DNA of 64,000 bases, from the NCBI GenBank assembly GCA_013239625.1, contig MU056050.1, positions 2,094,084 through 2,158,083 on the forward strand. The letters are read 5' to 3'. Shown here one piece after another: positions 1-12,414 of this stretch. The notes beneath the pieces were generated by a model. It had not been told where the DNA came from and ran no database searches. It was given only the letters and a program-made list of their open reading frames with translations. The position numbers and the translations under genes were made by a program. The DNA is from Lama guanicoe. Taxonomy: Eukaryota. Position 1 is the first letter of the stretch. Each line of letters begins with the position of its first letter.

Positions 1-211
1 GTGATTCACCCAAGGTCACAAAGCTAATGAACAGTGAAAGCAGGACTAAAGCCCGTTTCCTAACACTGAGTCCAACTATCTTTCCCCTCCACCAGACTAT
101 TGCATGAGTTTAGGTCAAGGGATTATTTCCTTATTGACTATGAAAGATTCAGACTTTGGGGGGAAGTATGGGGACTAACGAGTAATCAGTTCCTCAGACT
201 GATATCCTCCC

Positions 212-392
212 TTGACTGAGCACCCGCTCAGTGCCAGGCTGTGTGCTAAGCCTTTTAATGCATTATCTCCTTTCATCTTCACAACAATCTTACAAGGGAG
301 GTGCTATCATGATCCTCATTTAACAGATGAGGAAGTAGAGGAAGGTTAAGTGATCTGCTCAACGTCACACTCCTAGTAAGTGGTGGAGCTCA
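212..392 (-). mobile_element. MIR SINE
   Basis: Antisense MIR core (ctcatttaacagatgaggaa...gttaagtgatctgctcaacgtcacac...agtaagtggtggagct). Another MIR piece lies at 1-75. Confidence 0.8.
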
Positions 393-1872
393 TCCTAGAC
401 ACTCCATTTCCTAACTCCCTGTAAAGCGTTCTTTCTACTACTCAACACAGACAGGAACTTTCAGCTTGCTTATTAACAAGGAAAGGATGTTATCTTTAAA
501 GATGCTTTAGGGCAAAAAGATAAGCCAGTTCTCTCTCAATTCCTCAGACTGATAGAGAAGTAGAAAAAGCAGGCAAATCATGCCTAATCCCAAAGCCATG
601 ACTGTGCAGCTGTAGAGGGATAGTTAGGGACACGGAATCCAGCAGAGAGAACTCAAGGGGGGAAGTACATCTCTGACCTGCTCATGCACTGGGCTCCAGA
701 CACAGCTGGTTCTCAGCCAAATAGAAGGGTGAAGTAGGAGTAGTCAGTCTGTAGCTCCCTTCCTCAGGGAGCAGGGGCCCTGATCATGTTCCACTCTATT
801 CTATGTCATCATCAGAATTGCCCTGTTCCCTTTTCCCTAGAACTCTGCTAGATGCCTGAAGCCAAGTCCAAGTTCTCGTGGCTAGGGAGGACCATGGTCG
901 CACAATCCAGCAACATTTGCTTTTTAAAGTGCCTTTTAGACCTTCACCTTTGAGCATCTGAATTGAGGGGTGCAGGACCAGCTCTTCTCACTGCCCAATC
1001 CGAGGTGGGGACAGCCATTTAAGAGGGGAATGGGGAGTGGGTTGCTATGGCTAATTCACTCACTAATAATTGAAACGACCATCCTCACTTTCTTGCCTCC
1101 AGAATCCTTCCCTGAGGATACAAATGAATGCAAATCACCCCCAAAGACAGGAAAGGTGAAGCTCCACGTGCACATTTAGACTGGGAAAGGGAAAAATCAG
1201 TTCATTATTTCAAGACCTCTTGTGATGCTGTAAATACACAGTCAACACAGAACAAAGATCCCTTTTTCCCCCCTTACATTATTTATGTGCCATCTAAAAA
1301 TTACATGCCCCTTCTCTTTCCAGCGCTGAGAGAGAAACATGCATATTCATGATCTGATAAATATTTAAGTGGGATTTATTTAAATGAGAGAGTCCATTTA
1401 CAAACATTCCCTGGCGCTGAGATCTTATCCTGGGCACACAGAGGGAGGATGATTTCCTCTGGTAGATTCAAAACCTCCGCTGGCCACCTGCCCCCTAAAC
1501 TTGGAGCTCTTCCTTGAGAGCTGGTGAATGCCACCCGCAGTATTTCAAGGCAGTCTTCCGTACCTCCTCCCTCCAGGCCTGCCTTCCTGCTCTGAGCTCA
1601 TGCCATAGGATCAGTCATTGGCAAAATGCTAGAGCCAAGTTTCTTTGGGGGTGGGGGAGGCAGTCACAGCTTTCTTTGCCGAGGCCCTTCCTCCTCACGA
1701 TGCCAGCCCACAGCAGCAACCACCCTCACCATCCCTATCCTGCCTGTGGGTCCATCTCTCCCCCTCAGGGACGATAGTTACGTGATACACCAGGTAACCA
1801 GGATGTGCTACCCATCCTGGGAGGATATGCGTTTTAATCCTGCTAAAGCATTTTGTCAGTGCTGATTTTCAA

Positions 1873-2075
1873 AGCATGTATACATACAACATTTCATTTG
1901 CTCCTGACAACAATCCTACGAGACTTCTGAAGCAAGCATCACTTTTTGAGTCTTAGAGATGAAGAGATAAAAGAGAGGACACTCTGCTTGTCCAACCTCA
2001 GTCACACAGCTAGTTGTTGCAGAGTTAAGACTCGAACTCCAGTCTGACTCTCAGATCTGGGATCTTTTCATTATG
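1873..2075 (-). mobile_element. MIR SINE (degraded)
   Basis: atttcatttgctcctgacaacaatcct...agatgaag...gtcacacagctagtt...gcagagttaagactcgaactccagtctgactc. Confidence 0.7.
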
Positions 2076-2622
2076 CAAGGCTGCCTCTCATCTGGGAGGA
2101 TGCCTGGAGAGAAAGCAACATCTACCTAAAGGGAAAGCTAATGGTGACCTTTCAGGTATTTGGCAGTAGGTGGGGGAAATGTTGGGGGATGCCTGTAACT
2201 GTACCCAATACTTCTTTAATCCTATAATATAGGTGACTTTCTGTGTGTGAGGTTAACTCTGGGTTCTCCATTCTGGTGCCTATTCTTGGGCACCACCCTG
2301 GCTCTAGTCCTGTCCCAGCTTCCTCTCTCCCAAATTATATTCACCTGTTTGTACCTCATTTTATGGAAACTTCATTAGATGATCAGTGAATTCATCTGTA
2401 GAACTAAGTGGGGCTAGGGAATTAATATTGGTTAATGGCTCAATGTACAACCTTTCCTGGGTCATACACACATTCTGACAGATGCATCTAATGCCTTAAC
2501 TCAAGGACACTGTATATGCAAGGATTTCAAGCAATGAGTCAGGGCAGTGAGGCAATATCATTGGACAAATGGACTTCTCAGGTCTCTAACTTGTGCTACC
2601 TAAATGACTATTCTACTTAATT

Positions 2623-2807
2623 TAGGGTTACCAGCTAAAATGCAAGATGTCCAGTTAAATACGATTTTCAGATAAATAATTTTTGTAGTATAGGTATGTC
2701 CCAAATATTGCATGGGACATGTTTACATTGACGATTATTCATTGTTTATTTGAAATTCAAGTTTGCTAGGCTTCCTGATTTTTTATTTGCTAAGTCTGGC
2801 AACCCTG
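2623..2807. mobile_element. MER53 palindromic hAT MITE
   Basis: TIRs tagggttaccag/ctggcaaccctg, central palindrome atgtcccaaatattgcatgggacat, 8-bp TSD acttaatt (2615-2622)/gcttaatt (2808-2815). Confidence 0.88.
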
Positions 2808-2862
2808 GCTTAATTGTAAGACCTGGTCCACTGAGAGTTACCATCAAAAAGTGCCAACTGGG

Positions 2863-3810
2863 ATCAGAAGACCTAAACAAACAATTTTCCAATGTAGACA
2901 TACAAATGCCCAATAGGCACATGAAAAAATGCTCAGTATCGCTAATTATCAGAGAAATGCAAATCAAAACTACAATGAGGTATGACGTCACACTGGTCAG
3001 AATGATCATGATTAAAAAGTCCACGAATGATAAATACTGGAGAGGGTGTGGAGAAAAGGGAACCCTCCTACACTGTTGGTGGGAATGCAGTTTGGTGCAG
3101 CCACTGTGGAAAACAGTATGGAGATTCCTCAAAAGACTAAAAATAGACTTACCATATGAGACAGCAATCCCACTCCTGGGCATTTATCTGGAGGGAACTC
3201 TAATTCAAAAAGATACATGCAGCCCAATGTTCATAGCAGCACTACTTACCGTAGCCAAGACACGGAAACAACCTAAATGTCTATCAACAGATGACTGGAT
3301 AAAGAAGATGTGGTATATATATAATGGAATACTACTCAGCCATAAAAAGAATGAAATAATGCCATTTGCGGCAACATGGGTGGACCTAGAGATTATCATA
3401 CTAAGTGAAGTAAGCCAGAAAGAGAAAGAAAAATATCATATGAGATCACTCATATGTGGAACTAAAAAAAAAATTGACATAAATGAACTTATTTACAAAA
3501 CAGAAACAGACTCACAGACATAGAGAACAAACTTACAGTTACCAGAGGGGAGAGGGAGTAGGAAGGGATAAAATGGGAGTTTGGGATTAGCAAATACAAA
3601 CTACTGTATAAAACAGATAAACAACAAGGTCCTACTATACAGCACAGGAAACTGTATTCAATATCTTATGATAGCCTAAAATGAAAAAGAATAAGAAAAG
3701 GAATATATATGTATATATATATACACACACACATATATATAACTGAATCACTATGCTGTACACCAGAAACTAACACAACATTGTAAATTGACTATAATTC
3801 AATTTTTTTA
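2863..3810 (+). mobile_element. 5'-truncated LINE-1 (ORF2 C-terminus + 3'UTR), relatively young cetartiodactyl type
   Basis: Open ORF2 frame EDLNKQFS...HMKKCS...[17 protein letters not shown]...MPFAATW. The 3'UTR carries a (TA)n/(CA)n tract. Probable TSD aaaaagtgccaactggg (2846-2862)/aaaaagtgcctgttggg (3811-3827). Confidence 0.95.
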
Positions 3811-4719
3811 AAAAAGTGCCTGTTGGGCATCTGCTTGCTTGTGACACTTGGTTGTAATTGATCCCAGAGCAGGTAACACTGTGCTGGAGGGGCGGGAGGC
3901 TGTGATGGAGAAAGAGAGAAGGCAGCTGTGGGAGAAACTTATACCATCCAGCCCATCATGAGACTGGTCTTAGTCACTTGTACGTGACATAAAAGTAATG
4001 TTCCTAGGCCTTTTTAGAAAATAGAACTAGTCCTATTTGCCTCTCATCACCAACTCCTCCCGCTACACCCATCTGCTCTGCTAGTCTGCTTGATTCTATT
4101 CTGCTCTTTGATAAATGAAAAAGGAACAAGTTTTGGCAAATGCCAAGCCTCGTGTTCTCTGAGAGCGATCTGGGCCTCAGAAGGCATATTGCAAGCAAAG
4201 AGCAAGGCGGGCTGGGGGCATGGCTGGGCCACTGCACAGACAGTAGGGCTGCTCAGATGTAATTAAGTACCAGGCGCAGACCCCACGAGTAACAGTGGGA
4301 AGAGTTCCATGACCAAAAAATATCAGGGAAGTGAAGTGGAGACTGTTTACAAGCCTAATTAGCAATTTGCACAACTCCAGAGTTAAAATTCTTGCTCGTG
4401 TCAGGCAGCTTTGTGGACTGACACCAGGCAAGCTGAACTGGGCCCCGGGAGAGGGTGGCGCTAGGCTCTTGCTAATTGGCCAAGTCCAGTGGCTAAGGCA
4501 CCTACTAAGACATTCAAATTGAGAAAAAGGACCAAATGAGAGCAAGAACAGTGGGCTGACTCATTTCCAAGACAGTAATAGTGGCTAAGGAATGCAAACT
4601 CCAGAAATTAAGCCTTTGAGTGGAAATAATAATAATGATGATGATAATGAATATAATAACAAACCTTTAAAGTATACATTTCCCCAAACATACACGTCAT
4701 ATGTTTTAAAAAAAGAAAG

Positions 4720-4830
4720 TTAGCCTAAGTCGTCTTCTCAGAAGAGAAGACAAAGGCCCAGAGAGGGGAAGTGACCTACCTAAGGTCACACAGCAGGTCA
4801 GTGGCTGTCTCCTGACTCCCATTCCAGTGC
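4720..4830 (-). mobile_element. MIR fragment
   Basis: aaggcccagagaggggaagtgacctacctaaggtcacacagc. Confidence 0.7.
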
Positions 4831-4899
4831 TCCATCCACTGTTCAAGGATGCTTTTCTGGAGATTCTGAACTGGTTCAGTTTTTCTCCTTCACATTCTT

Positions 4900-6441
4900 T
4901 TTTCTGATGCTTTTAGTTTAGTTTTGCTTTGTTTTTATTAAGATACTTAGCATCTATCCTCTTAAAAATTATTAAGTGCACAATAAAATTTTGTTAACAT
5001 GGTGTTGAACAGCAGATCTCTGGAATTTATTTGTCTCGTATAACTGAAATTTTATACCATTGAACAGCAACTCTCCTCTCTCGAGACCCTGGCAACCACC
5101 ATTCTACTCTGTTTCTATGATTTTCACTCTTTTGAACATCTCTTTTGAAGTGGGATCATGCACTATTCGTCCTTCTAAGATTGGCTTATTTCACTTAGCA
5201 TAATGTCATCTGGGTTCATCCATGTTGTCACATATGGCACAATTTCTGCTTTTTTAAAGCTGAATAATATTCCACTATAAGTGCAAACCATATTTTCTTA
5301 TCCGTTCACCTGTCAATGGACATTTAGCTGTATCTTGGCTGTTGTAAATAATGCCTCAATGAATGTGGGAGTACAGATATCTCTTCACAATCCTGCTTTC
5401 CATTCCTTTGGATATATACCCACAAGTGGGATTACCAGAGCATATGGTAGTCCTATTTTTAATTTTTTGAGGAAACTCCATACCATTTTCCATGACATTT
5501 GCACCATTTTAAAGTCTCAGCAACAGTGTACAAGGGTCCCAAAATTTCTCCACATCCTCACCAGCACTTGGTATCTTTATTTTCTGTTTTGGTTTTTGCT
5601 TTGATAAAAGCCACCCTAAAGGTGTGAGGTGGCAATATCATTGTGGCATGGATTTGTATTTCCCTGAGGATTAGTGATAATACCTGTTGGGCATCTGTAT
5701 ATCTATTCAAGTCCTTTGTCCATTTTATAATCGGGTTATTTGGTTTTTACCAGAAGAATGGTTTGCAAATATTTTCACTCATTCTGTAGGTTGTCTTTTT
5801 ACTCTGTTGATTGTTTCCTTTTGCTGTACAGAAGATTTTTTTTTTAGTTTGATGCAGCCCCACTTGTCTATTTTTACTTTTGTTGTTCGTGCTTTTCATG
5901 TCATATCTAGGAAATCATTGCCTAGGATTTACAGATTCAGTGCAATCTTCATCAATCCCTATTTTTTACAGAAATATTAAAAATTCTAAAATTCATATGG
6001 AACTATGAAAGACTCCAAATAGCCAAAGCAATCTTGAGAAAGAAGGACAAAGCTATAGGCATCACACTTCCTGATTTCAAAAATATATCTATTACAAAAC
6101 CACAGTAATTAAAACCAGTATGGTACTGGCATAAAAACAGACATATAGACTGATGGAACAGAATAGAGAGCCCAGAAATAAACCCAGGCATTTACAGTCA
6201 ACGGATCTTCTATAAGGGTGCCAAGAATACATAATGGAGAAAGGACAGTTCCTTCAACAAATGGTGTTTGTTGGGAATACTGAATATTCACACACAGAAG
6301 AATGCAATTGGACCCTTATTTTACACCATACTTGAAAATCAACTCAAAATGGATTAAAGATGTAAATGTAAGATCTGAAACTATAAAACTCCTTGAAGAA
6401 GATATAGAGGAAAAGCTTCATGACACTGGTCTAGGCAATGA
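4900..6441 (-). mobile_element. LINE-1 (L1MA-like) with 5' inversion
   Basis: 4900-5925 is the L1 3' end and ORF2 on the - strand. 5926-6441 is ORF2 sequence on the + strand (cagtatggtactggcataaaaacagacatatagac...). Degenerate TSD ctccttcacattctt (4885-4899)/ctcctctacattctt (6445-6459). Confidence 0.9.
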
Positions 6442-6744
6442 CTCCTCCTCTACATTCTTGTTCTTCTAGTATATTTTCTCTTACTTTCAGAATCTGCTGG
6501 TTCCATGCTTTTGAAGTTCTTTTGGAAAACCGTCACTGTTTCCTCTCCCCCCACCTACTCCTCTACCTTAGGATCACTTTTCCATCCTCTCCATGAACTC
6601 CCATATCTAGATGATGAGTTCTGCATAGTCGATTTTTTTAGTAGACAGAAATGCAGCTGGGTCCTGTACCACAGCTGAGCAACACAGGACCCTTCCACCT
6701 CTCCTCCTTCATGCAGCCATTAGCAGATGAAAATTCTAAAATTC

Positions 6745-6970
6745 TACTGAGATGTGCCTCCTGTGTGCCAGACACTGTACTAAAACAATGCATGAATTTT
6801 ACTGTATCCTCACAGTAACTCTATCATGTAGGCACTATTATTGATCCCATTTTGCAGGTGAGGATCCTGAAGTTCAGAGAGCTTAAGTGCTGATCCCAAG
6901 GTTACCCGGCTAGTAAGTGACACAATAGAATTTGAATCTAGGCAGTCTGACTATAATGTCCATGCTCTTA
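6745..6970 (-). mobile_element. MIR SINE
   Basis: tgtgccagacactgtactaa...tcctcacagtaactct...cccattttgcaggtgagg...cccaaggttacccggctagtaagtg. Confidence 0.85.
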
Positions 6971-7068
6971 GTCTTTATGAGATCCCCTTTGGAACATCTG
7001 ACATACTGCTGCCAGAGTACTTTTCTTAAGCTATGTCATTATTATGTCCTTCCCTACTGCCTCTAGAC

Positions 7069-7277
7069 ATTTACTGTCCAGCATGGAGGATACTAGACAT
7101 ATGTAGCTGTTTAAATATAACTTTAAGTTAATTTAAATAAAATTTAAAATGCAGTTCTTCACTCCCATTAATCACAGTTCAAGTGCTCAAAAGCCACATG
7201 CAGAAAGTGGCTACTATATGGTCAGCACCAAGAGAGAATATTTCCATCATTCCAAAAAGATCTGTCGGACAGCACTG
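7069..7277 (-). mobile_element. MER3 hAT-Charlie MITE
   Basis: actgtcca...ggacagcactg termini, internal ttcaagtgctcaaaagccacatg, Charlie-type TSD ctctagac (7061-7068)/ttctagag (7278-7285). Confidence 0.88.
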
Positions 7278-7639
7278 TTCTAGAGACTAAGATTTGAACA
7301 CTTCTTCCTGGTATTTCAAATGTTCTGCCATCTGGCCTATACCAACTTTTCAGCAGAAAGGCAGAAAATGAGGAGGAAGAACCGAGGCTGGAGAAAGGAA
7401 CAGGAGCCTGAGGATGGAGCGCCCACTATGCCACTGCAAGGAAGCGAGGCCTCAGCCTGTAGGACACGGTGGACTTCCTTCCTAAGAACAGATCAAGCCA
7501 GTGCACATTGAGACCTGACTCAAAATCGTCTCTTTCAGGAAGCCTGACTAAATAACCAGAGAAGTTGGAAGAGCATGTCACCCTGTTGACTGGGTGCTCC
7601 CCAGCAGTGACAGGAAGGGTTCCAATGCTTACAGAAAAG

Positions 7640-7825
7640 AGAAAGAGCTCACATTCGAAATGGAGTCAAGGACCTGTGCTCAAATCACAGTACTGCTGCT
7701 TATGAGTGTGTAATATAGGGCACTGCCACTTACCATCATTGAGCTTCTGTTTGCCTCTCTGTAAAGCAGAGCCAATAATACCTATTCTCCAGACTTGTGT
7801 GGCTATCAATTAAGATAATGAGGAA
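7640..7825 (+). mobile_element. MIR SINE (degraded)
   Basis: ggagtcaaggacctgtgctcaaatc...gagcttctgtttgcctctctgtaaagcagagccaataatacct. Confidence 0.65.
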
Positions 7826-9589
7826 AGTGAGCTAGTGGTCTGGGGTAGGACCTGGGCTTTAAACCCTTTCATATGATTTTAAGGAATTAGCCATGGTTGA
7901 AAATCACTGAAGTACATGATCTTTGAGGTCCCTTCCAGCTTTGAACTTCAAGTCTTGACCATAGTAAGAAAGGTCAGAAGTCAGTTTGGACAAAACCATT
8001 ACCAACGTCCCCCTAGCAGGCTGTAGGCTTCGCAAGCCATCTGTGTTGCAGCCATCATGGAGAGCCCAGATTTCCAAGTGAAACAGCATCTTTGATGAAA
8101 GTGCAGGTTTGGTGTTGGCTTCTTGGCAGAATTTGTCTCCATCCATTGACAGATGCACCCAGAACCTCCAGACCAGGACTATACCACCACGCATTTTTAT
8201 TGTCCTCAGAATGAGTCATTAAACAGTGCCAGTGAATTTAGACTTTGAATGTTGGTTCAAAGGTTTCTCCTGTCACATAGACTCACTTTACTTCAAGGAC
8301 ATGGAAGTTTCAAAACAGCAGGCAAGTGGAAGTCCAGAGGTATGCTAGGTGAAGACAGCTGAGAGAAGCTGGCAGAGGGAGGGAGAAGTGGGAGGGGACT
8401 AGTCTAACTAATTCAAATAGCATACTACAGCGTCCCAGTAGAAGAGCACAGCAAAAGCTGATTTCCTAGCACTTTAATCCTCCAAAGACCTCTCTGTCCG
8501 CCAGCCCTTCTGCACATCAACAACATGTGGAGACCCGACATCCCACCTCATGGCTCAGGAACCCTTCAAGGCCTTAAAGTGCCTACTTAAATTACTAAAG
8601 AAAGATAAAACTACACTCAACCTGACACAACATTATTAATGATATTTTGCTTTATAGTCACGCTTTGAAAATCAGAAATTCCTAAAGGGTGACTAGGGAA
8701 GCACTCTGTTAAACTAGAAGGTCTAATGAATCATGGCGTCCATTCCCAACTACATAAAACAAAATTTGTAGGAGTCTGTGTGTTTGCAATTCCATCTTGC
8801 AACCAGAAGAAAAGAATTAAATGGAGATTCGTGGCTGTCACTTCACAAGCAAATGTCTTAGCTCCAAAACGGGCTCCCAGGGCAAACCCATCATCACTGC
8901 CTCGGTCATCTGTCATAGCCACACAACTGAGTCAGTCGTGAAAAGACACCCCAAGGTTCTGAACACCAAAACCAAAACGGATCCTGCAGATCTTTCTTCT
9001 TACCACTATATTCTGCCTGATTTCTTGTTTAACTGTTGCCCCTAAACTATATGGAAAACATTTCATCTTTGTGGCACTTCAGGGTTTGGCTATCGAACCA
9101 GTTCTATGGCAGAAAGGCAAGTTATATACATTCACTTTTGTTTTGTTAAAAATAAGGCAGCTGAGGATTAGTTAATCAAAATTCTCAGGGAATGGACTGT
9201 TCTAATTAACAGAATCTTCTGAAAAACTGTTTGGCTGAAATTAAATAAATGTTGAAGCAATCCATTTAGTTGGGTCTAATTTTGGCACATTTTCTGAGAG
9301 GCCTGCTTTCATCTACCTGCCTTAAAGACATTCTTGAATCTTTGGTATCTGAGGCCCTTGCAGGGCTTTGGGGTTATCATTTTGTACACCTGTTTTCAAT
9401 ATCCAGGAGGAGAAATGAAGATAGATACAGCGACAACATATACTGAGCTCAGGACACTGCTGTGATGAAATTTCCAATTTCAAAGGTTTATTATCTATTC
9501 CCTCTTTTAAGTCAAGGGCATGGGAAGAGGAAAATCCTGTAAATTGAAGGTTCTGGTTAAACAAAATTAATGTAACAATGCTTTCAACT

Positions 9590-9760
9590 TTTCTATATAT
9601 TTTCACGCCTGGTTCTCATTTGATTCTCATTACACTCTCAGGGAGGCAAATTCCTCATTTTATAAACTGAGGCCTAGAGAGGCTACGGGGCTTGCCCAAG
9701 GCTAAGATTGGTTAATCAAGCATCTGAAGTCTCATTCAAGCGTTCTTTTCAACACATCAC
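9590..9760 (-). mobile_element. MIR fragment
   Basis: tctcatttgattctca...ctcattttataaactgaggcctagagagg...cttgcccaagg. Confidence 0.7.
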
Positions 9761-10714
9761 ACTGTGATATATCCATGTCAATTATACTTTTACTATATTT
9801 GTATTGACTTCCTCCCAATCAGGCCACATTGGGCTCAGCTAATCCCACCACAGTTAGAGAAATATCTGAATGTGTGCTCAACTTTTGTAGCACTCAGAAT
9901 AGCTTAGGGGAAAGTCGTGGCTAGTTGAGAGCTATTTATTTTGCATAATATGATCCTGGCATATTAAATACTATTTACACCCTTGTATTAAGGATGCATA
10001 ACTTGTCTGTGGTATCACTGTCTGTGGGGCTACATTATTTTTGGAAAGGTTTTTGTGTCTCCAAAGATACACCACTGGACTTCTAAATGGCCAGAGAATG
10101 TTATTATTTGAAAAGAAGAGAGAATGTGTGATCTGAGATTCCTTGTATGTCCTTTAAGTAACAAAAGTAAACCATCTCCATTGATCTTTATAGTAATTTT
10201 ATGAAGTTGGTAGAGCAGGTATCATGGTCCCATTTTACAGAGTGGGTCCTGAGGTTCAGCTAGGTTGTCATGGTACCCTAAACTCAGCTGCACATACCTT
10301 TCCCCTATAGTGCTCACTAAAGGTCACTCATCATCAGAATGCCCTGGGAGCTTGTTACAAATACACCTTTCCCAGCTCCATCCCGAACATACTGAATCAG
10401 AATTTCCAGGGATAAGACTCAAAATGAAGAGCTATTAATCGATCAATCAACTGATTGATTAATTTGTAAAATTGCCTGTCCTATCAACCTCATAAGATGA
10501 TTATTCAAGACCAACAGATGTAATTTTAATTTTATTACTAAAAATGAAAGAATTAAGATACTAGAGGACGGCAGCTGCTTAGAGCAACAATTTCATGATT
10601 ATCCTCTGATCAGCACCATATCCCATGTCAGAGGTGGAGTTGGAATGGGGACACACAAAATGCACAGGACTCAGACTGGCCTTGGAGAGTTTATCAGGTA
10701 GTTGGTTGCTAGGT

Positions 10715-10905
10715 CAATGGTTCTGGCACTCTACCAAGCATCAGAATCACCTGAAGAGCCTGTTAAAACACCAGTCACTGGGTCCCAGCCCCAGAGTTTC
10801 TGCCTTAATAGGTTTAGAGGCAGAGACCCAGAATCTGCATTTTTAACGAATTTCCCAGGTGATGCTGATGCCGCTAGTCCAAAGACCACACTTTGGGAAC
10901 CACTA
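10715..10905. mobile_element. MER5A hAT-Charlie MITE
   Basis: caatggttct...gcatcagaatcacctg...cccaggtgatgctgatgccgctagtcc...accacactttgggaaccacta. Full length, about 190 bp. Confidence 0.9.
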
Positions 10906-11206
10906 GCTTAGGCATCCTTTTAAATCTGATGGCTTTCTTAGGGTTTCCTGGTGTCCTCCTCATCTTTCTCTTCACCTACCAACACAGGGCTACGCCTCTG
11001 CGTACCTCTGTCACAGAAGGAAATCTTCCTGACCCCAGAAAGAAAATCCCATTTTTTTTTTAACACAAATGCCCTGGCTAGCACCATTTCAGGTGGAAAC
11101 ATTTGCTTTCTTCATGGCCTGTTTTCTCAAGAAATAGAGAAGCCCTCTGCTTTGGAGTCCAGAAGGAGGTGGCAGAGAGAATCGTCTCTCTCTCCACTGC
11201 ATAAGG

Positions 11207-11388
11207 CAGTGCCTCTCAACGTCTGATGAACAGTGGCAGAATTGCCTGGGGTATTTATTAAGAATTGAAATTACAGGACCCACTGCAGACCTAGTAAGCT
11301 GGAATTTCCAGATGTGAGACTGGGGAATGTGAAGTCTAAGGGCTTCAGGTTATTGGCATTTCTGATGTACACTAAAGTTGGAGAAACC
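11207..11388. mobile_element. MER5B-like hAT-Charlie MITE
   Basis: cagtgcctctcaac...agaattgcctgggg...ttctgatgtacactaaagttggagaaacc. Confidence 0.65.
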
Positions 11389-12394
11389 TAGAAGGAGGAT
11401 TCACCCAGTGTTAGGTTTGGACAAGGACCATTATAAAAAGTCTCATTTCTCTTAACTGACCACCATTACCGCTCTCCTGGACCTCCATGTCCCCTAAGAA
11501 GCCTCCTGAGACTGAGAGTGACACCAGCCCCTCCCTCCTTTACCCTCCCACATGACCCCCTCCCCAACCCACATGAATCAACTTGCCTGGGACGTTTCTC
11601 AGGTAGCTAAAGCACCACACCTAAATCCCTGACAAATTCTGCTGAGGGAGGAAAAGACTCCTTTCTTCTTTTTAAGATGCTTTTATTTTCTTTTATGTTT
11701 ATACCATCTCTCTCTTTAAATTTTTATCTCTCCTTCTTTATGACACATTCTGGAGATGTTTCAAAGCTATTTATAGTCCATACTGACTTTAGTCTTTTTT
11801 AATGTTCTGAGGAATGCCATTGCTTATTATTGAAATGATGCAATGAGATACGAGAGAAAAAGAGAGTGAGAACGAGAGGGGGAGAGAGAAAGGAAAGTGG
11901 GGAAGAAAATAACTGGGAACAACATTGATTAGAAAGATAGTCTGATGCAAGGGTTGGAACTCTCCTTCTAGAGCACTAAACTATCGTCAGTTCATTAGTT
12001 GGCATGCTCCTCTTCCTATCTTTCTAGAATGGGGAAGACTTGGAAGTTTGGGGGTCAAATGCATCCTTTCACTTGCTTTGGTAGCTATACGTTTGTCAGT
12101 GTGTTTGCTTTTTGGTTCATTGTTTAGTTAGAGCAAGTATATGTCTTGTGTCTCTAGAGCTAGTCACTGTATAACTTATGTTTTTTTCATTATGGTTTTC
12201 ACAATACAATTCCACACACAGTGGGACACAGAGTAACTAATGAAGGTCAATGGGGGCATAGGTTGCTAGGACACAGAGACACAGAACCAAACAAGTGAGT
12301 CCTTTATATGGGAGGGGGGACTGACCACATGCAATTCATCAATACTCAGCTTTAATAAGCTTCTAAATTCTGTTTCTCTTGCTCCATCTCAAGA

Positions 12395-12414
12395 TGTGTG
12401 TGTGTGTGTGTGTG
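12395..12414. repeat. (TG)10 microsatellite
   Basis: Read directly from the sequence. Confidence 0.95.

Noticed and set aside
2750..3523. 257-aa ORF as a novel gene
   Set aside because: It starts at a TTG inside MER53 and runs into a 5'-truncated L1 ORF2 tail. It has no endonuclease or RT domain and is a chance chimera.
7221..7241. REST/RE1-like site (gtcagcaccaagagag)
   Set aside because: Only the left half-site matches, and it is part of the MER3 sequence.
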